Shown piece after piece: positions 47,436 to 61,138 of a stretch of DNA of 64,000 bases. The notes below the pieces were generated by a model. The model was not told the DNA's origin. It ran no database searches and was given only the letters and a program-made list of their open reading frames with translations. Location of the stretch: contig CALHRZ010000003.1 of assembly GCA_938038445.1 (NCBI GenBank), forward strand, positions 86,788 through 150,787, written 5' to 3'. Positions within the stretch are counted from its first letter, which is position 1. Each line of letters opens with the position of its first letter. The position numbers were made by a program, and so were the translations under genes. Origin of the DNA: an uncultured bacterium. Lineage in GTDB: Bacteria; Verrucomicrobiota; Kiritimatiellia; CAIKKV01.

Positions 47436-48578
47436 GTGAAACTCTCGGAGCGCGACGCTTATATCACCCTCAACCAGATCCCTGATATTGGTCCTGTGAC
47501 CGTTCAGACGTTGGCTGAGGCGCTTGGCGGCCGGGTGGCGGAAATACTGGAAATCGAACCTGGGCGTCTTCCTGCTGTTCGGGGGGTTGGGCCGGCGGCC
47601 CTTGAACGGTTGGCGGCTGCTCGCCGCCAAGGAGGGCTGGCGGAGGCTGAGGAAAAACGGGCTGAGATTTTGGGTCTTCGGATCGTCACACCGGTGGATG
47701 CTGGCTATCCCGAACCCCTTCGATCACTTCATGATCCTCCGTTAGCCCTTTATGTGAAGGGGGAATGGAAACAAGAAGATCGTAAAGCCGTCGCATTGGT
47801 AGGATCTCGGCACACCACTTCTTATGGTCGTGAGACCGCCGCGCGTCTGGCTGCTGATTTGGCGCGGCTTGGATATGTTGTTGTGAGCGGACTGGCCCGA
47901 GGGATTGACACTTGGGCGCATCGTGGGGCTCTGGAGGCAGGGGGGCGTACGGTGGCGGTGCTGGGGGGAGGTTTACACGACATCTACCCGCCGGAAAACC
48001 GCGGTTTGGCGGAGGCCATTGCCCGAAGTGGGGCCCTTATTTCCGAATTTCCGATAGGGCGGGAGCCGGACAAGACGACCTTTCCCTATCGAAACCGGCT
48101 GATCAGCGGACTTTCCCAAGCCGTGGTTGTCGTGGAGGCGACACGAACCAGCGGCGCGTTGATCACGGCACGTTTTGCCGCCGATCAGGGCCGGTCGGTA
48201 CTTGCCGTTCCGGGGCGGGTGGACAATCCGCTGGCGCAGGGTCCCCATGATTTGATCCGGCAGGGAGCGCGGCTGGTGGAAGGGGTGGAAGATATTCTGG
48301 ATGAATTGGGTACGCTCTTTCGGGGGGCGGCTTTCTCACTTCGATGCCAAGGAAAGGATGGGGGGGATGCTGGGGTCGGGAGTGAGCCTCTTCGTCTTTT
48401 ACCGGAGGAGCGTTTACTTTTGGAGAGAGTTTCGGAGGAGGAGCGGATCGATGTGGATACGCTAACTCGGCGAAGCGGGCTCTCGGCGGCGGTTGTGGCG
48501 GCTGCGCTTTTGACGCTTGAGATGAAGGGGTTGGTGAGGGTGTTGCCTGGCCGGGTGGTGGAGCGAAGGAATCCCTGA
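47436..48578 (+). CDS. dprA: DNA-processing protein DprA
   Basis: DPPLALYVKG, VGSR, VSGLARGID..AH, RNRLISG, SGALITA, C-terminal winged helix. Confidence 0.95.
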   Translation: MKLSERDAYITLNQIPDIGPVTVQTLAEALGGRVAEILEIEPGRLPAVRGVGPAALERLAAARRQGGLAEAEEKRAEILGLRIVTPVDAGYPEPLRSLHDPPLALYVKGEWKQEDRKAVALVGSRHTTSYGRETAARLAADLARLGYVVVSGLARGIDTWAHRGALEAGGRTVAVLGGGLHDIYPPENRGLAEAIARSGALISEFPIGREPDKTTFPYRNRLISGLSQAVVVVEATRTSGALITARFAADQGRSVLAVPGRVDNPLAQGPHDLIRQGARLVEGVEDILDELGTLFRGAAFSLRCQGKDGGDAGVGSEPLRLLPEERLLLERVSEEERIDVDTLTRRSGLSAAVVAAALLTLEMKGLVRVLPGRVVERRNP

Positions 48579-48684
48579 GGAGAGTTTTTGCGGGGGGTGC
48601 GAGATGTTTTGAGGGAAAAAACAGTTGCTCGAGACGGCGAATTCAAGGAATATTAGCCGTTTTGGGATTTGATGGGACAGTGCA

Positions 48685-51246
48685 ATGGCGAAAAGTCTTG
48701 TAATTGTGGAATCTCCGGCCAAAGCCCGGACGATCGGCAAGATTCTGGGAGAGGAGTACGCGGTCAAGGCTTCCATGGGTCATGTACGGGATTTGCCGGT
48801 TCGGTCGTTGGGTGTGGCGGTCGAGAAAGGATTCGAGCCGCGCTATGAAATTACCCCGGACCGCAAGAAAACGGTTCAGGAATTGCAGGCGGCGGCACGA
48901 CACTGTTCGACGATTTATCTTGCGCCCGATCCCGACCGGGAGGGGGAAGCCATTGCGTGGCACTTGAAAACTCTATTGGAGGATAAGGTTCCGGACGCCG
49001 TTTTTCGGCGTGTGGTATACAACGAGATTACGCCGCGGGCGGTGCGCGAGGCGTTTGCGCATCCGGGCGATCTCAACCTTCGGTTGGTGGAGTCCCAGCA
49101 AGCTCGGCGGATTCTTGATCGGCTGGTGGGGTACAAGGTTAGTCCGCTGCTATGGGGCCGTTTCCAGCGGAATCTGAGCGCCGGTCGGGTGCAAACGGTT
49201 GCCCTCCGGCTTGTTTGCGAGCGGGAAGAGGCGATTCGACAGTTTGTGCCCGAGCCCTACTGGCTGATTGGGGCGCAAGTATGCAAGCGGGTTCCGCCGA
49301 AGGATGCCTTTCCCATTCGGCTCGTTCGCATTCGGGGCGAGAAGGCCGTTATCCAAAGCGCGGAACAGGCGGCGACCATTTGCCGGGAATTGGCGGCGTC
49401 CACTCTGCGGGTGAAGGGGATCGAGACGCGGGAAACTCAGCGGCGGCCGGCCCCTCCGTTCACGACCAGTACGCTGCAGCAGGCGGCCTCGAGGCGGTTT
49501 GGTTATTCCCCTTCGCGGACGATGCGTCTGGCGCAGACATTGTATGAAGGGGTGGACTTGGGGGAAGGGCCGATTGGGCTCATCACATACATGCGGACGG
49601 ATTCGGTTGCGGTGGCACACGAGGCGCAGGAACAGGCGCGGGTATTGGTTGCCCAGAAGTACGGGGCCGATCATCTGCCGGATCGCCCTCCTGTCTATCG
49701 GAGCCGGCACGATGCACAGATGGCCCATGAAGCGATACGGCCGACCGATGTGTCGCGCACGCCCGATTCGCTGCGCAAGCGTCTTAAACCGGACGAATGG
49801 AAGCTGTACACGCTGATTTGGCAGCGCTTTCTGGCCAGTCAGATGGCTCCTGCGCGGTTCGAGCAACGGGTGGTTGAGGTCGAGACGGAGGCGCCGGCGG
49901 GGATGGAGTCGCCCTATCTTTTCCGTACGACGGCGACCCGGCTGGTCTTTCCGGGTTTTCGCGCGGTTTACGAAGAAGAGGAGAAGGATAACGGGCCGGA
50001 AAAAGTGCGTGCTGCTCAACCGGAAAATGCGGGGGCGGGAGAGGAAGAACCCGAGGTGGAGTCCCTGCCGCCCCTCGAACCCGGCGAGCCGCTTGAAGTG
50101 CTTCGGTGGCTGGAAGAGCGGAAGGAGACGCAACCGCCTTCACGGTTTACCGAAGCGACGCTGATTCGGGCTTTGGAGGAGAACGGCGTGGGGCGTCCGA
50201 GCACCTACGCCCAGATTTTGACGACGCTTTACGACCGGCGATACGTTCAACGGGAGGCGCGCAAGCGCGCGCTGGCGCCTACCGAGCTCGGGGAGAAGGT
50301 TTACTCGCATCTCATCGGCCATTTGGCGGAACTTTTCGATATTGGGTTTACGGCGGGGATGGAAGAACAGCTCGACGCGATCGAAGAGGGAAAGATCGGG
50401 TGGCGGGAAATGCTGGCCGATTTTTACAGCCGTCTGCAGAAATGGTTGGAAGCGGCCAAAGGGCCGCCGGCCGAAGAGGATCATGTCCGAAGAGTTCTGG
50501 ACCATTTGGCGCAGGTGGCGCAGTGGCAGGAACCCACAGGTACTCCCCGGGGGCGTCGGAAGAACGATCCGCAATTTGTCGCCTCGATCCGCCGTCAGTT
50601 GGAGCAAGGGCGGCCGATCACGGACCGGCAATACCAGGCATTGATTCGGCTTGCGGTTCGTTATCGGGAGCAGATTCCCGGCTTGGACGAGACCCTTCGG
50701 GGTCTAGGGCAGGAGGCGCATCTTGAAACGCCGCCGGTTCTGCCGCCGGATGATGTTACGCTACGGAAACTCGAATTGCTGAAAGGGGTTCAAACGGATC
50801 CTCCGACGAAACGGCGGGGGCGGACCTATGACGATGCGGCTTTTATTGCGTCCTTAGCGGAGCAGGCGGCGAGGGGGCGGAATCTGTCGGCGGCGCAGGG
50901 TGCTGTGTTGGACCGTCTGTTATGGAAATATGCGGACCGTATTCCGGATTTTGAGAAAGAGCGGGAGTCGTTGGGGTTACAGAAGGTCGAGTCGTCTTCT
51001 GACGTTGCGACGACGGATCCGGAGATTGGGACGATTATGGAACGGCTTTCCCAGTGGACGGACTGGCGGCCGCCTGTGGAACGGCGTGGTCGGACATTTG
51101 ATGACCGGCAGTTTTTTGAATCGTTGTTCCGGCAGTTTCGTGAAAAGGGTCGGTTGAGCCCCCGCCAGATTTCGGCGTTGAAACGGTTAGCGCGCCAATA
51201 TGGGCTGGCGGCTGAGGCGAGGGGGAGAGCCGAATTGCAGACGTGA
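48685..51246 (+). CDS. topA: DNA topoisomerase I with an atypical C-terminal repeat region
   Basis: VIVESPAKA, DPDREGE, SAGRVQ, ITYMRTDS (catalytic Tyr), AHEAIRP, GVGRPSTYA. Confidence 0.96.
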   Translation: MAKSLVIVESPAKARTIGKILGEEYAVKASMGHVRDLPVRSLGVAVEKGFEPRYEITPDRKKTVQELQAAARHCSTIYLAPDPDREGEAIAWHLKTLLEDKVPDAVFRRVVYNEITPRAVREAFAHPGDLNLRLVESQQARRILDRLVGYKVSPLLWGRFQRNLSAGRVQTVALRLVCEREEAIRQFVPEPYWLIGAQVCKRVPPKDAFPIRLVRIRGEKAVIQSAEQAATICRELAASTLRVKGIETRETQRRPAPPFTTSTLQQAASRRFGYSPSRTMRLAQTLYEGVDLGEGPIGLITYMRTDSVAVAHEAQEQARVLVAQKYGADHLPDRPPVYRSRHDAQMAHEAIRPTDVSRTPDSLRKRLKPDEWKLYTLIWQRFLASQMAPARFEQRVVEVETEAPAGMESPYLFRTTATRLVFPGFRAVYEEEEKDNGPEKVRAAQPENAGAGEEEPEVESLPPLEPGEPLEVLRWLEERKETQPPSRFTEATLIRALEENGVGRPSTYAQILTTLYDRRYVQREARKRALAPTELGEKVYSHLIGHLAELFDIGFTAGMEEQLDAIEEGKIGWREMLADFYSRLQKWLEAAKGPPAEEDHVRRVLDHLAQVAQWQEPTGTPRGRRKNDPQFVASIRRQLEQGRPITDRQYQALIRLAVRYREQIPGLDETLRGLGQEAHLETPPVLPPDDVTLRKLELLKGVQTDPPTKRRGRTYDDAAFIASLAEQAARGRNLSAAQGAVLDRLLWKYADRIPDFEKERESLGLQKVESSSDVATTDPEIGTIMERLSQWTDWRPPVERRGRTFDDRQFFESLFRQFREKGRLSPRQISALKRLARQYGLAAEARGRAELQT

Positions 51247-52194
51247 AAAGTCGGCTGGCCCAGGATGCGTTGGCCGGTGCATTTCGCCGTTATTTGCGGA
51301 GTGAAATGAATGCCTCGCCGCATACTGTGGCGGCCTATTGGGGGGATCTGGAGCAATTTGTGCAGATGGTCTGGGAGCAAGGGCGACCGCCTTATCCCTG
51401 GGCCGAGGTGGATCGCGCGATGGCGCGCGCGTTTCTTGCGCATCTGATGCAACAGGGGCTTTCTTCTCCCTCGATTCACCGAAAAATCTCCAGTTTGCGC
51501 CGTTTTTTTCGGTATTTGATAAGGCGAAGCCGGGTGGAGAAGAACCCATTTGCCGGGATATCAGGGCCTGCCCGCGCGTGCCGCCTTCCGAAGGTGCTTT
51601 CGGTGGGGGAGGTTGAGCGGCTGCTGCGTGCTCCGCTCGAGGTGGCCGAGAGGGAGGCGAAGCGGTGTTCGGAGAGACGGCGCTGGGAGGTGGAATATGG
51701 GGGTGTTCGGGACGCCGCGATTTTGGAGGTTTTGTACAGCACGGGGGGGCGGATTCGCGAAATTACGGGGCTGACGGACGGGGCGGTTGACTGGTTGGGG
51801 GGTGTGGTTCGTGTCCGGGGCAAAGGGCGGAAGGAGCGGTTATGTTTGTTGGGGCGGCCCGCGCTGGCGGCGTTGCGGCGGGCAGTGGAGGAGAGGGATC
51901 GGTTGTTTCCGCTTCGGGGGCGGCCGTCGAAAAGGGCTGTGGAACGACCGTTGTTCCTCAACGTGAGGGGGGGTGCCCTTTCGGCCCGGTCGGTGGAGCG
52001 CCAAATGAAGCGTTATTTGGAAGCGGCGGAATTGAATCCCCAACTTTCTCCCCATGTGTTGCGGCATTCTTTTGCGACGCATCTGCTGGATGCCGGGGCG
52101 GACATGCGGAGCGTGCAAGAGCTGCTGGGGCACGCGAGTCTTTCGACGACCCAGATTTATACCCATGTAACGGCGGAACGATTGCGGAAAACCT

Positions 52195-52220
<26 letters not shown>
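51243..52220 (+). CDS. xerC: Tyrosine recombinase XerC/D
   Basis: RDAAILEVLYSTGGR, GKGRKER, HVLRHSFATH, LGH..TTQIYTH; topA-xerC synteny. Confidence 0.85.
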
Positions 52221-55027
<2,807 letters not shown>

Positions 55028-55063
55028 CGCGGCGGAAGGGGCATAACGAGCGTAAGGAGCGCC

Positions 55064-57679
55064 ATGCAGAAGAATGTTTGGCATGTGATTTTGGGGGTCC
55101 TGACTTTGGGGCTTCTTCTCTTTTCCCTCGCGATCACCATTCCTCTCTCGGAGAAGGTGCCGTTGGGGCTGGACTTGCGGGGAGGGATGAGCTTTACGGT
55201 TGAGGTTGATGAAAATGCCGTTCGCGAGAAATTGCGAATGCGTGCGCAGGAGGAAGGGACGGAGCTGACGGACGAAGAGTTGGAACGGATTACGCCGGCC
55301 GAAATGCAGGATGCGCTGAAACGTTCGATCGAGGTTCTTCGCAACCGGGTGGACGGGTTGGGAATTGCCGAGCCCATTATTTATCCCGAACGGGGGAATC
55401 GGATTGTCGTCCAATTGCCGGACATTGATTCGAGCCGGGAAGCCGCAGGGGGAGAGGGTGCTGAGGGGCGTCGTGCGGAGCGCGCGCGGCAGGCGCGGGA
55501 GAAGCGGGAACGGGCGATCCGGACGATCCGTGATGTTTCTTTTCTCGAGTTCCGCTTGGTGCATCCGGACAACGACGAATTGATTGCGAAGATGATGGAG
55601 GCAGGCAAGGCGCCCGAGGGGTACAAGGTCGTTTCCGTGGTGTACAAGGGGAGGCCGCAATTTTTCTGGGAACGGGATTATGGCGCGATTCCAGAAGGCC
55701 GGATGGATGCATCCATGCAGGCCAAGGTCGCCGCTTTCAATGCGCCGCCGACCTATGAAGTGCTTCTCGAGCGGCAACGAATTGGAAATCGGACGCTTCA
55801 CCGTCCGTATCTGGTCCAGAAGAAGGCGGAGTTAGACGGGACGCGGCTGCGCAAAGCAGGGGTGGGATATTCGGGCGGGCTGGGCTCGCCGGTGGTGAAA
55901 CTGGAATTTGATCGCGAAGGGGCGCGAATTTTCCAGCGGCTGACGACTGCCTATGCTCCGAACGGGACGCGCAATCCGAACCCGGTGGGGCGGCAGCTGG
56001 CCATTGTGTTGGACCGGGTGGTGTATTCGGCGCCGGTGATCAAGGAGCCGATTGCGGGGGGGCAAGCGGAGATCAGCGGGGATTTCAGTTCGGAGGAGGC
56101 TTATTTTTTGGCCAATGTGCTGAAAGCGGGTGCCTTGCCTGTTCCGGTGCGGATTGTTGCGATGCGGGACGTTTCGGCCACGCTGGGAGCGGACGCTATC
56201 CGGAGCGGGCTGCGGGCAGCCGCGACGGGTCTTATTCTGGTCGCGATTTTCATGTTGGTGTATTACCGGTTGGTGGGGGTGGTGGCGAATATCGCCTTGC
56301 TTCTTACGCTGTTGATTTTGCCGGTTGGGATGTTGCTGGTCGCGGGATTCATGGGTGTTTTTGTGGAGGAGGCGCGTGCGGGGGGTCGTGTGGCATTGCC
56401 GGTTTTGACGCTTCCGGGGCTTGCGGGTATTGTGCTGACGCTTGGCATGGCGGTGGACGCCAATGTCCTCATCTTTGAGCGCATTCGGGAAGAGTTCAAG
56501 AACGGAAAAGGGCCCATTTCGGCAGTGGCGGCCGGTTTTGAGCGGGCCCTGAGCGCGATTCTCGATTCCAACATCACGACCATTCTGACGGCGTTTGTTT
56601 TGTTCATTTTCGGCTCGGGTCCTATTCGCGGCTATGCCGTAACGCTCTCGGCAGGTCTTCTGGTGAGCATGTTTTGTGCGGTGGTTGTGGGGCGAATGAT
56701 TTTGGAACAAATAGCGGTTCGTCTTAAGGAGACGCGTTATTGGGGCATGGCCAACTGGTTTCCGGAGATGAACGTTGACTTTATACGTTTCGGCCGATAT
56801 GCAATTATCTTTTCCTTTCTGATAATTGTCGTCAGTCTATCGGGCTTTGGTTGGGCGGCTTCGCGGGATCAGAATCGCGTGTTCGGCATTGAGTTTACAG
56901 GTGGCGCATCGGTCGCATTTTCCTTCGATCCGGCCGCACGTGTTTCGGAAGCGGACATTCGCCGGGCGTTGGAGGCGGGGGGAATCAGCCAGCCGTTCGT
57001 GCAGTATCAACGGGAGCTCGGCGAAGAGAACCGTGATCTGCTTTTAGTGAAAGGACCTGCGGGGGCAAAGGACGAGATTGTGCGGGTTCTTTCCGATACT
57101 TTTCCATCCGCCGCCTTTGCGGTGGAGAGCGCGGACGACATTGGTCCTCAAATCGGGCGCGAATTAAAGGTCAAAGCGGTCCGAGCCGTTTTAATTTCGC
57201 TTTTGATCATGATTCTCTACATTTCGTGGCGGTACGAGTTTGGTTTTGCGTTGGGCGCCGTGCTGGCCCTTTTCCATGATGCTCTCTTCACGCTTGGCTT
57301 GGTGTACTGGATGGGGATTCCGGTTAATCTGACTGTGGTTGCGGCCATTCTGACGATTGTGGGGTATTCGGTGAACGACACGATTGTTATTTTCGACCGG
57401 ATTCGGGAAGATATCCGGCTGATTCGGGGAAAGAGTTTCGTTGAATTGTGCAATCTGAGCATCAACCAGACGCTGGGTCGGACGATTCTGACTTCTCTGA
57501 CGACTCTGCTAGCCGTTCTGGCGTTGGCGGCATTCGGGGGAGGGGAGATTCGGTCGTTTGCGCTTACGATGTTGGTCGGCGTGATCGTGGGGACCTACTC
57601 GACGATTACGATTGCGACTCCGATCGTATTGGTTTGGTACCGGTATCGTACGCCGGATTTCTCGCGCAAAACGGGATAA
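55064..57679 (+). CDS. secDF: Fused SecD-SecF protein translocase subunit
   Basis: LGLDLRGG, NRVDGLG, GMAVDANVLIFERIRE, GIEFTGG, GYSVNDTIVIFDRIRE. Confidence 0.95.
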   Translation: MQKNVWHVILGVLTLGLLLFSLAITIPLSEKVPLGLDLRGGMSFTVEVDENAVREKLRMRAQEEGTELTDEELERITPAEMQDALKRSIEVLRNRVDGLGIAEPIIYPERGNRIVVQLPDIDSSREAAGGEGAEGRRAERARQAREKRERAIRTIRDVSFLEFRLVHPDNDELIAKMMEAGKAPEGYKVVSVVYKGRPQFFWERDYGAIPEGRMDASMQAKVAAFNAPPTYEVLLERQRIGNRTLHRPYLVQKKAELDGTRLRKAGVGYSGGLGSPVVKLEFDREGARIFQRLTTAYAPNGTRNPNPVGRQLAIVLDRVVYSAPVIKEPIAGGQAEISGDFSSEEAYFLANVLKAGALPVPVRIVAMRDVSATLGADAIRSGLRAAATGLILVAIFMLVYYRLVGVVANIALLLTLLILPVGMLLVAGFMGVFVEEARAGGRVALPVLTLPGLAGIVLTLGMAVDANVLIFERIREEFKNGKGPISAVAAGFERALSAILDSNITTILTAFVLFIFGSGPIRGYAVTLSAGLLVSMFCAVVVGRMILEQIAVRLKETRYWGMANWFPEMNVDFIRFGRYAIIFSFLIIVVSLSGFGWAASRDQNRVFGIEFTGGASVAFSFDPAARVSEADIRRALEAGGISQPFVQYQRELGEENRDLLLVKGPAGAKDEIVRVLSDTFPSAAFAVESADDIGPQIGRELKVKAVRAVLISLLIMILYISWRYEFGFALGAVLALFHDALFTLGLVYWMGIPVNLTVVAAILTIVGYSVNDTIVIFDRIREDIRLIRGKSFVELCNLSINQTLGRTILTSLTTLLAVLALAAFGGGEIRSFALTMLVGVIVGTYSTITIATPIVLVWYRYRTPDFSRKTG

Positions 57680-57709
57680 GCAGGCAACCGGAGGGAAACG
57701 GACGCAGTT

Positions 57710-57934
57710 ATGGCGGATAAGGAAGACCTCATCAAAGTGGATGGCGTGGTGGTCAAGGTGCTGCCGGCCACCATGTATCGCGTGCGGCTGGAGAACGGGC
57801 ACGAGTTGCTCGCCCATATTTCCGGCAAGATGCGGAAGAACTTTATCCGCATTGCGGTAGGGGATCGCGTGAGTGTAGAGATTTCGCCCTACGACCTGAC
57901 GAAGGGGCGAATCACCTACCGTCATCGGACCTGA
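57710..57934 (+). CDS. infA: Translation initiation factor IF-1
   Basis: [31 protein letters not shown]. Confidence 0.97.
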   Translation: MADKEDLIKVDGVVVKVLPATMYRVRLENGHELLAHISGKMRKNFIRIAVGDRVSVEISPYDLTKGRITYRHRT

Positions 57935-57946
57935 CCCAAGGTTGTT

Positions 57947-58804
57947 TTACCGGAGGTTCAGGATTCGAAGGGCTTCGCGGAAATCGGCCGGGAGTGGGGC
58001 TTCCACGTGGGCGCTTGTTCCCGAGGGGGCCGAACCGATAGGGAACTGCAGAAGGGAGGCGTGCAGGAGGGGGCGGGGGGGGATAAAGTGTGAAGTGGCA
58101 ACGGTTTCCAACGTTCCGTACTGACGATCGCCCAGGAGGGGGTGTCCGATCATTGCTAGATGGCGGCGGATTTGGTGGGTGCGACCGGTTTCGATTCGAA
58201 GGATAAGGTGGCTGGCTTCCCGGTGGGCATCGGCGACCCGGTAGCGGGTGATGGCGCGTTGTCCCTCGATCGGAAGGTCGAGGGTTCCGTGCCCTTCGAT
58301 TTTTCCTCGAACAATCGCATGATAGGTTTTGCCGATACGACCGTCTCGGAAATGGGCGACCATGGCATCGAACAGCTCGGGGCGTTCCGCAAAGAGTAGG
58401 CAACCGGTTGTATCTCGATCCAGGCGATGGACCACCTTCAGGGCGGGCGCGCGCCGTTCTTCCCGCAGACGGTTTTCCACACTTTCCTGACCTACGGAGA
58501 GAAGACCTGCCGGCTTATTGACAACGCCGAGTCCGGCGGATTCCCAGAGGACGGAAAGGGTGGGTGGGGGACGGTTCGGCGGGAGGGAGTTCGGAAGCAA
58601 GACGGTGACGGTATCGCCGGGGCGGAGCGTATGGCGTGCCATCCAGACCGGGCGGTTATTGACGAAGACGCGGCGTTCGTCGAGTAGACGGCGCGCGCCT
58701 CGAACCGAGAGGTGGAGCTGGCGGACGAGGAAACGGGCCAGTTCCGGCGGTTCAGAGGAGGCGTTTACGATCCATTGGCGGGGGATGGTTGTTTCTTTTT
58801 TCAA
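57947..58804 (-). CDS. RluA/RluD-family pseudouridine synthase
   Basis: S4-like N-terminus, NKPAGL, HRLDRDTTG, TGRTHQIR, GD..YG, LHA. Confidence 0.9.
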   Translation of the reverse strand: MKKETTIPRQWIVNASSEPPELARFLVRQLHLSVRGARRLLDERRVFVNNRPVWMARHTLRPGDTVTVLLPNSLPPNRPPPTLSVLWESAGLGVVNKPAGLLSVGQESVENRLREERRAPALKVVHRLDRDTTGCLLFAERPELFDAMVAHFRDGRIGKTYHAIVRGKIEGHGTLDLPIEGQRAITRYRVADAHREASHLILRIETGRTHQIRRHLAMIGHPLLGDRQYGTLETVATSHFIPPRPLLHASLLQFPIGSAPSGTSAHVEAPLPADFREALRILNLR

Positions 58805-58884
58805 GGTTTCCGGCTTGTGTTTTTTTGATTATTATATAGAATTGCACCTTTTTCCAAAAGTCGGAAAAGGGCGAGTGGTTTGGC

Positions 58885-61071
58885 ATGAATGAGACGGCAA
58901 GCATGAGCTGGGCGGACAAACCTACGGCCGAGGTGGAATCCTGGCTGTTGGACGAACTTGAAAAGCAGCCTTCCGACTGGGAGGCAATCCGGCAGGCGCT
59001 GAGCCAGGTGGGGCAGGTTCCTGAACGCCGTGAGGAGGCGCGTGCTTGGACGGAACTCGTGCTTGAACGGCTGAAAAAAAACGAACTTTGCGCCGAGGGG
59101 TTGGATTTCATCGCGCTGTTAGCGGGTTGGGATGAGGCGGAGGATCCCGTTCGGGCCAGAAGTCGGATCCGGGAACTTCTCGCCGATCTTTTCGCTCTAA
59201 AAGTGGGGGGGCGTCTCTATTTGGAAGCGGCGGGCGGAGACGGTGTGGCGCCGGCGGAACTCTTACGTCGGTTGCGGTTATTGCTTGCGCTTCGGGAGGG
59301 GCGGTATTGCCTCCATCGTGGGCTTGGACCGGGCGTGATTCGGCGTGTGGATTCTTTTTATGGAAAGGTAGTGGTCGACTTTGCCGATCGGCCGGGGCAT
59401 GAGCTTTCCTTTGCGTTTGCAGCCGAGTCGCTCATACTTCCTCCGGAAGATCATCTTCTGATTCGCTGGTATCAAGATCCGGCGGCGATTCGGGCTCTGG
59501 CGGTTGAACGGCCAGATGAGTTGGTCCGAATGGCTCTTCGGAGCGAGGGAGATATGACCTTGGTGCGTCTTGAGGGGCTTTTGGGGCCGATCGTTGACCC
59601 GGAGCCGGGGTGGAAGGCTTTTTGGACGGCGGCTCGGAAGCGTTTGCAGGAAAGCGGGGATGTGTTATTGCCGTCCCGGAAAAGCGAGCCTCTGCGGCGG
59701 GTATCCCGAGTTTTGAGTGTGGAGGAGCGTGGGATTGAGCGTCTTCGTGCGGAACGGCGACCGGATCGAGTGGTCCAGATCTTCGAGTCGCTTGCGGAGG
59801 GTTCCGACCGACCGGTGGAGCGAGGGGGGGAGTGGGAGCGTGTGGCGCGGACGAAACTTCATGCGGTCTTGACAGCGGCGGAAGCCCATCCCGAATGGGC
59901 GGCCCGGGCCTTGCTGGTAGCGGAGGCGCTGGGGATTATGCTGGACGAGGCGGAGGTTGCCGTCTGGCGGGCCAGGTGGCTCGAGGTGGGCATGCTGACC
60001 CGAACGCTCAACGATCTACCGGTTCGTCGGCTTGCCGATTTCCTCCGGTTTCTGCATCGGTGGGATTCGGAGTTGATTGGGCGATTGCTGGGGTCGGTTT
60101 CGGCGCTTCATATTTCCGTTCTGGGAGAGTTGCTGGAGATTTTGATTCGGGAGGGGTGGGAGGGAGAGGTTCGTCGGTTGCTTTCAGCGATGGCCCTGGA
60201 GCGACGGGAATCCATTCGGCTGTTGGCGTGGATGGCGCGGCATCCTGAGCGCGTGGCGGCGTGGTTGTTGATGCCGCTGGAGGAGCTTCCGTTTCGGATT
60301 GTGGAGGCGCTTCAGTATCCGGCGACGGGGGAAGATTTAAAGGCAGCCAATGCTTTGCGGGCGTGCCTGCAGGACCGGCAATGGCTTCAGAGGGTTTTTG
60401 ATGGGATGGACGATGTGCGGCGAAGCGATTTCGTTCGGTTGGCCCTTCATCCGGACGCGCCGCGTCATTTCGACTCCCAGCTCGTGTTGAGCCGGCTGGT
60501 TGCGCTTTATCCCGAACTTTCCTCCCAGCTTGAAAAGGCAGAGCCGCAGGCGGCGGAACCGGCGGTGACATCCTGGCGCAGCTATCGCCAGCGGCAAGCC
60601 CAGTTGGAAAAACTGATCCGGGAGGAGATTCCCCGCAATGCGAAGGAGATCGAGCGTGCCCGCAGCTATGGGGACCTTCGGGAGAATCACGAGTACAAAA
60701 CTGCAAAGGAAACTCAGGCCTTACTGATGCGTCGCCAGCAGGAATGGCAGCGTGACCTGCAAATGGTTCGTCCCACCGATTTTACCGGGTTTTCGGCCGA
60801 GCGAGCGGGGTTGGGGACGGAGGTCGAACTGGAGGTGGAGGGCGGTGGGCGGGAAGTTTATCGGATTTTGGGCGAGTGGGATTTCGACCCGGGGCTTTCC
60901 GTGATTTCCTGCAAAAGCGGGTTGGCGCAGGTGTTGCGGGGTCGTGTTGCCGGCGAAATGGTGGACATACCGCGCGAGAACGGATCCCTTGTGCGGGCGC
61001 GAGTGGCGGCGGTTCGGCCTCTTCCCCCGGAAATTCGGGAATGGGCAGCAGCTTTTTTCGATTCACCTTGA
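58885..61071 (+). CDS. greA: GreA-family transcription elongation factor with a long N-terminal helical extension
   Basis: C-terminal IERARSYGDLRENHEYK..KE, YRILG.WD, IS..S.LA. Confidence 0.88.
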   Translation: MNETASMSWADKPTAEVESWLLDELEKQPSDWEAIRQALSQVGQVPERREEARAWTELVLERLKKNELCAEGLDFIALLAGWDEAEDPVRARSRIRELLADLFALKVGGRLYLEAAGGDGVAPAELLRRLRLLLALREGRYCLHRGLGPGVIRRVDSFYGKVVVDFADRPGHELSFAFAAESLILPPEDHLLIRWYQDPAAIRALAVERPDELVRMALRSEGDMTLVRLEGLLGPIVDPEPGWKAFWTAARKRLQESGDVLLPSRKSEPLRRVSRVLSVEERGIERLRAERRPDRVVQIFESLAEGSDRPVERGGEWERVARTKLHAVLTAAEAHPEWAARALLVAEALGIMLDEAEVAVWRARWLEVGMLTRTLNDLPVRRLADFLRFLHRWDSELIGRLLGSVSALHISVLGELLEILIREGWEGEVRRLLSAMALERRESIRLLAWMARHPERVAAWLLMPLEELPFRIVEALQYPATGEDLKAANALRACLQDRQWLQRVFDGMDDVRRSDFVRLALHPDAPRHFDSQLVLSRLVALYPELSSQLEKAEPQAAEPAVTSWRSYRQRQAQLEKLIREEIPRNAKEIERARSYGDLRENHEYKTAKETQALLMRRQQEWQRDLQMVRPTDFTGFSAERAGLGTEVELEVEGGGREVYRILGEWDFDPGLSVISCKSGLAQVLRGRVAGEMVDIPRENGSLVRARVAAVRPLPPEIREWAAAFFDSP

Positions 61072-61138
61072 CGACCTATGCAGAAAAATCCTATTATTGA
61101 CCACTTATGAGGCAATCCCACATCGGGGACCAGAGATC

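Noticed and set aside
47436-48578. dprA plus Tad pilus as a competence locus
   Set aside because: They are 11 kb apart, dprA is in its usual topA context, and there is no comEA/comEC in the window.
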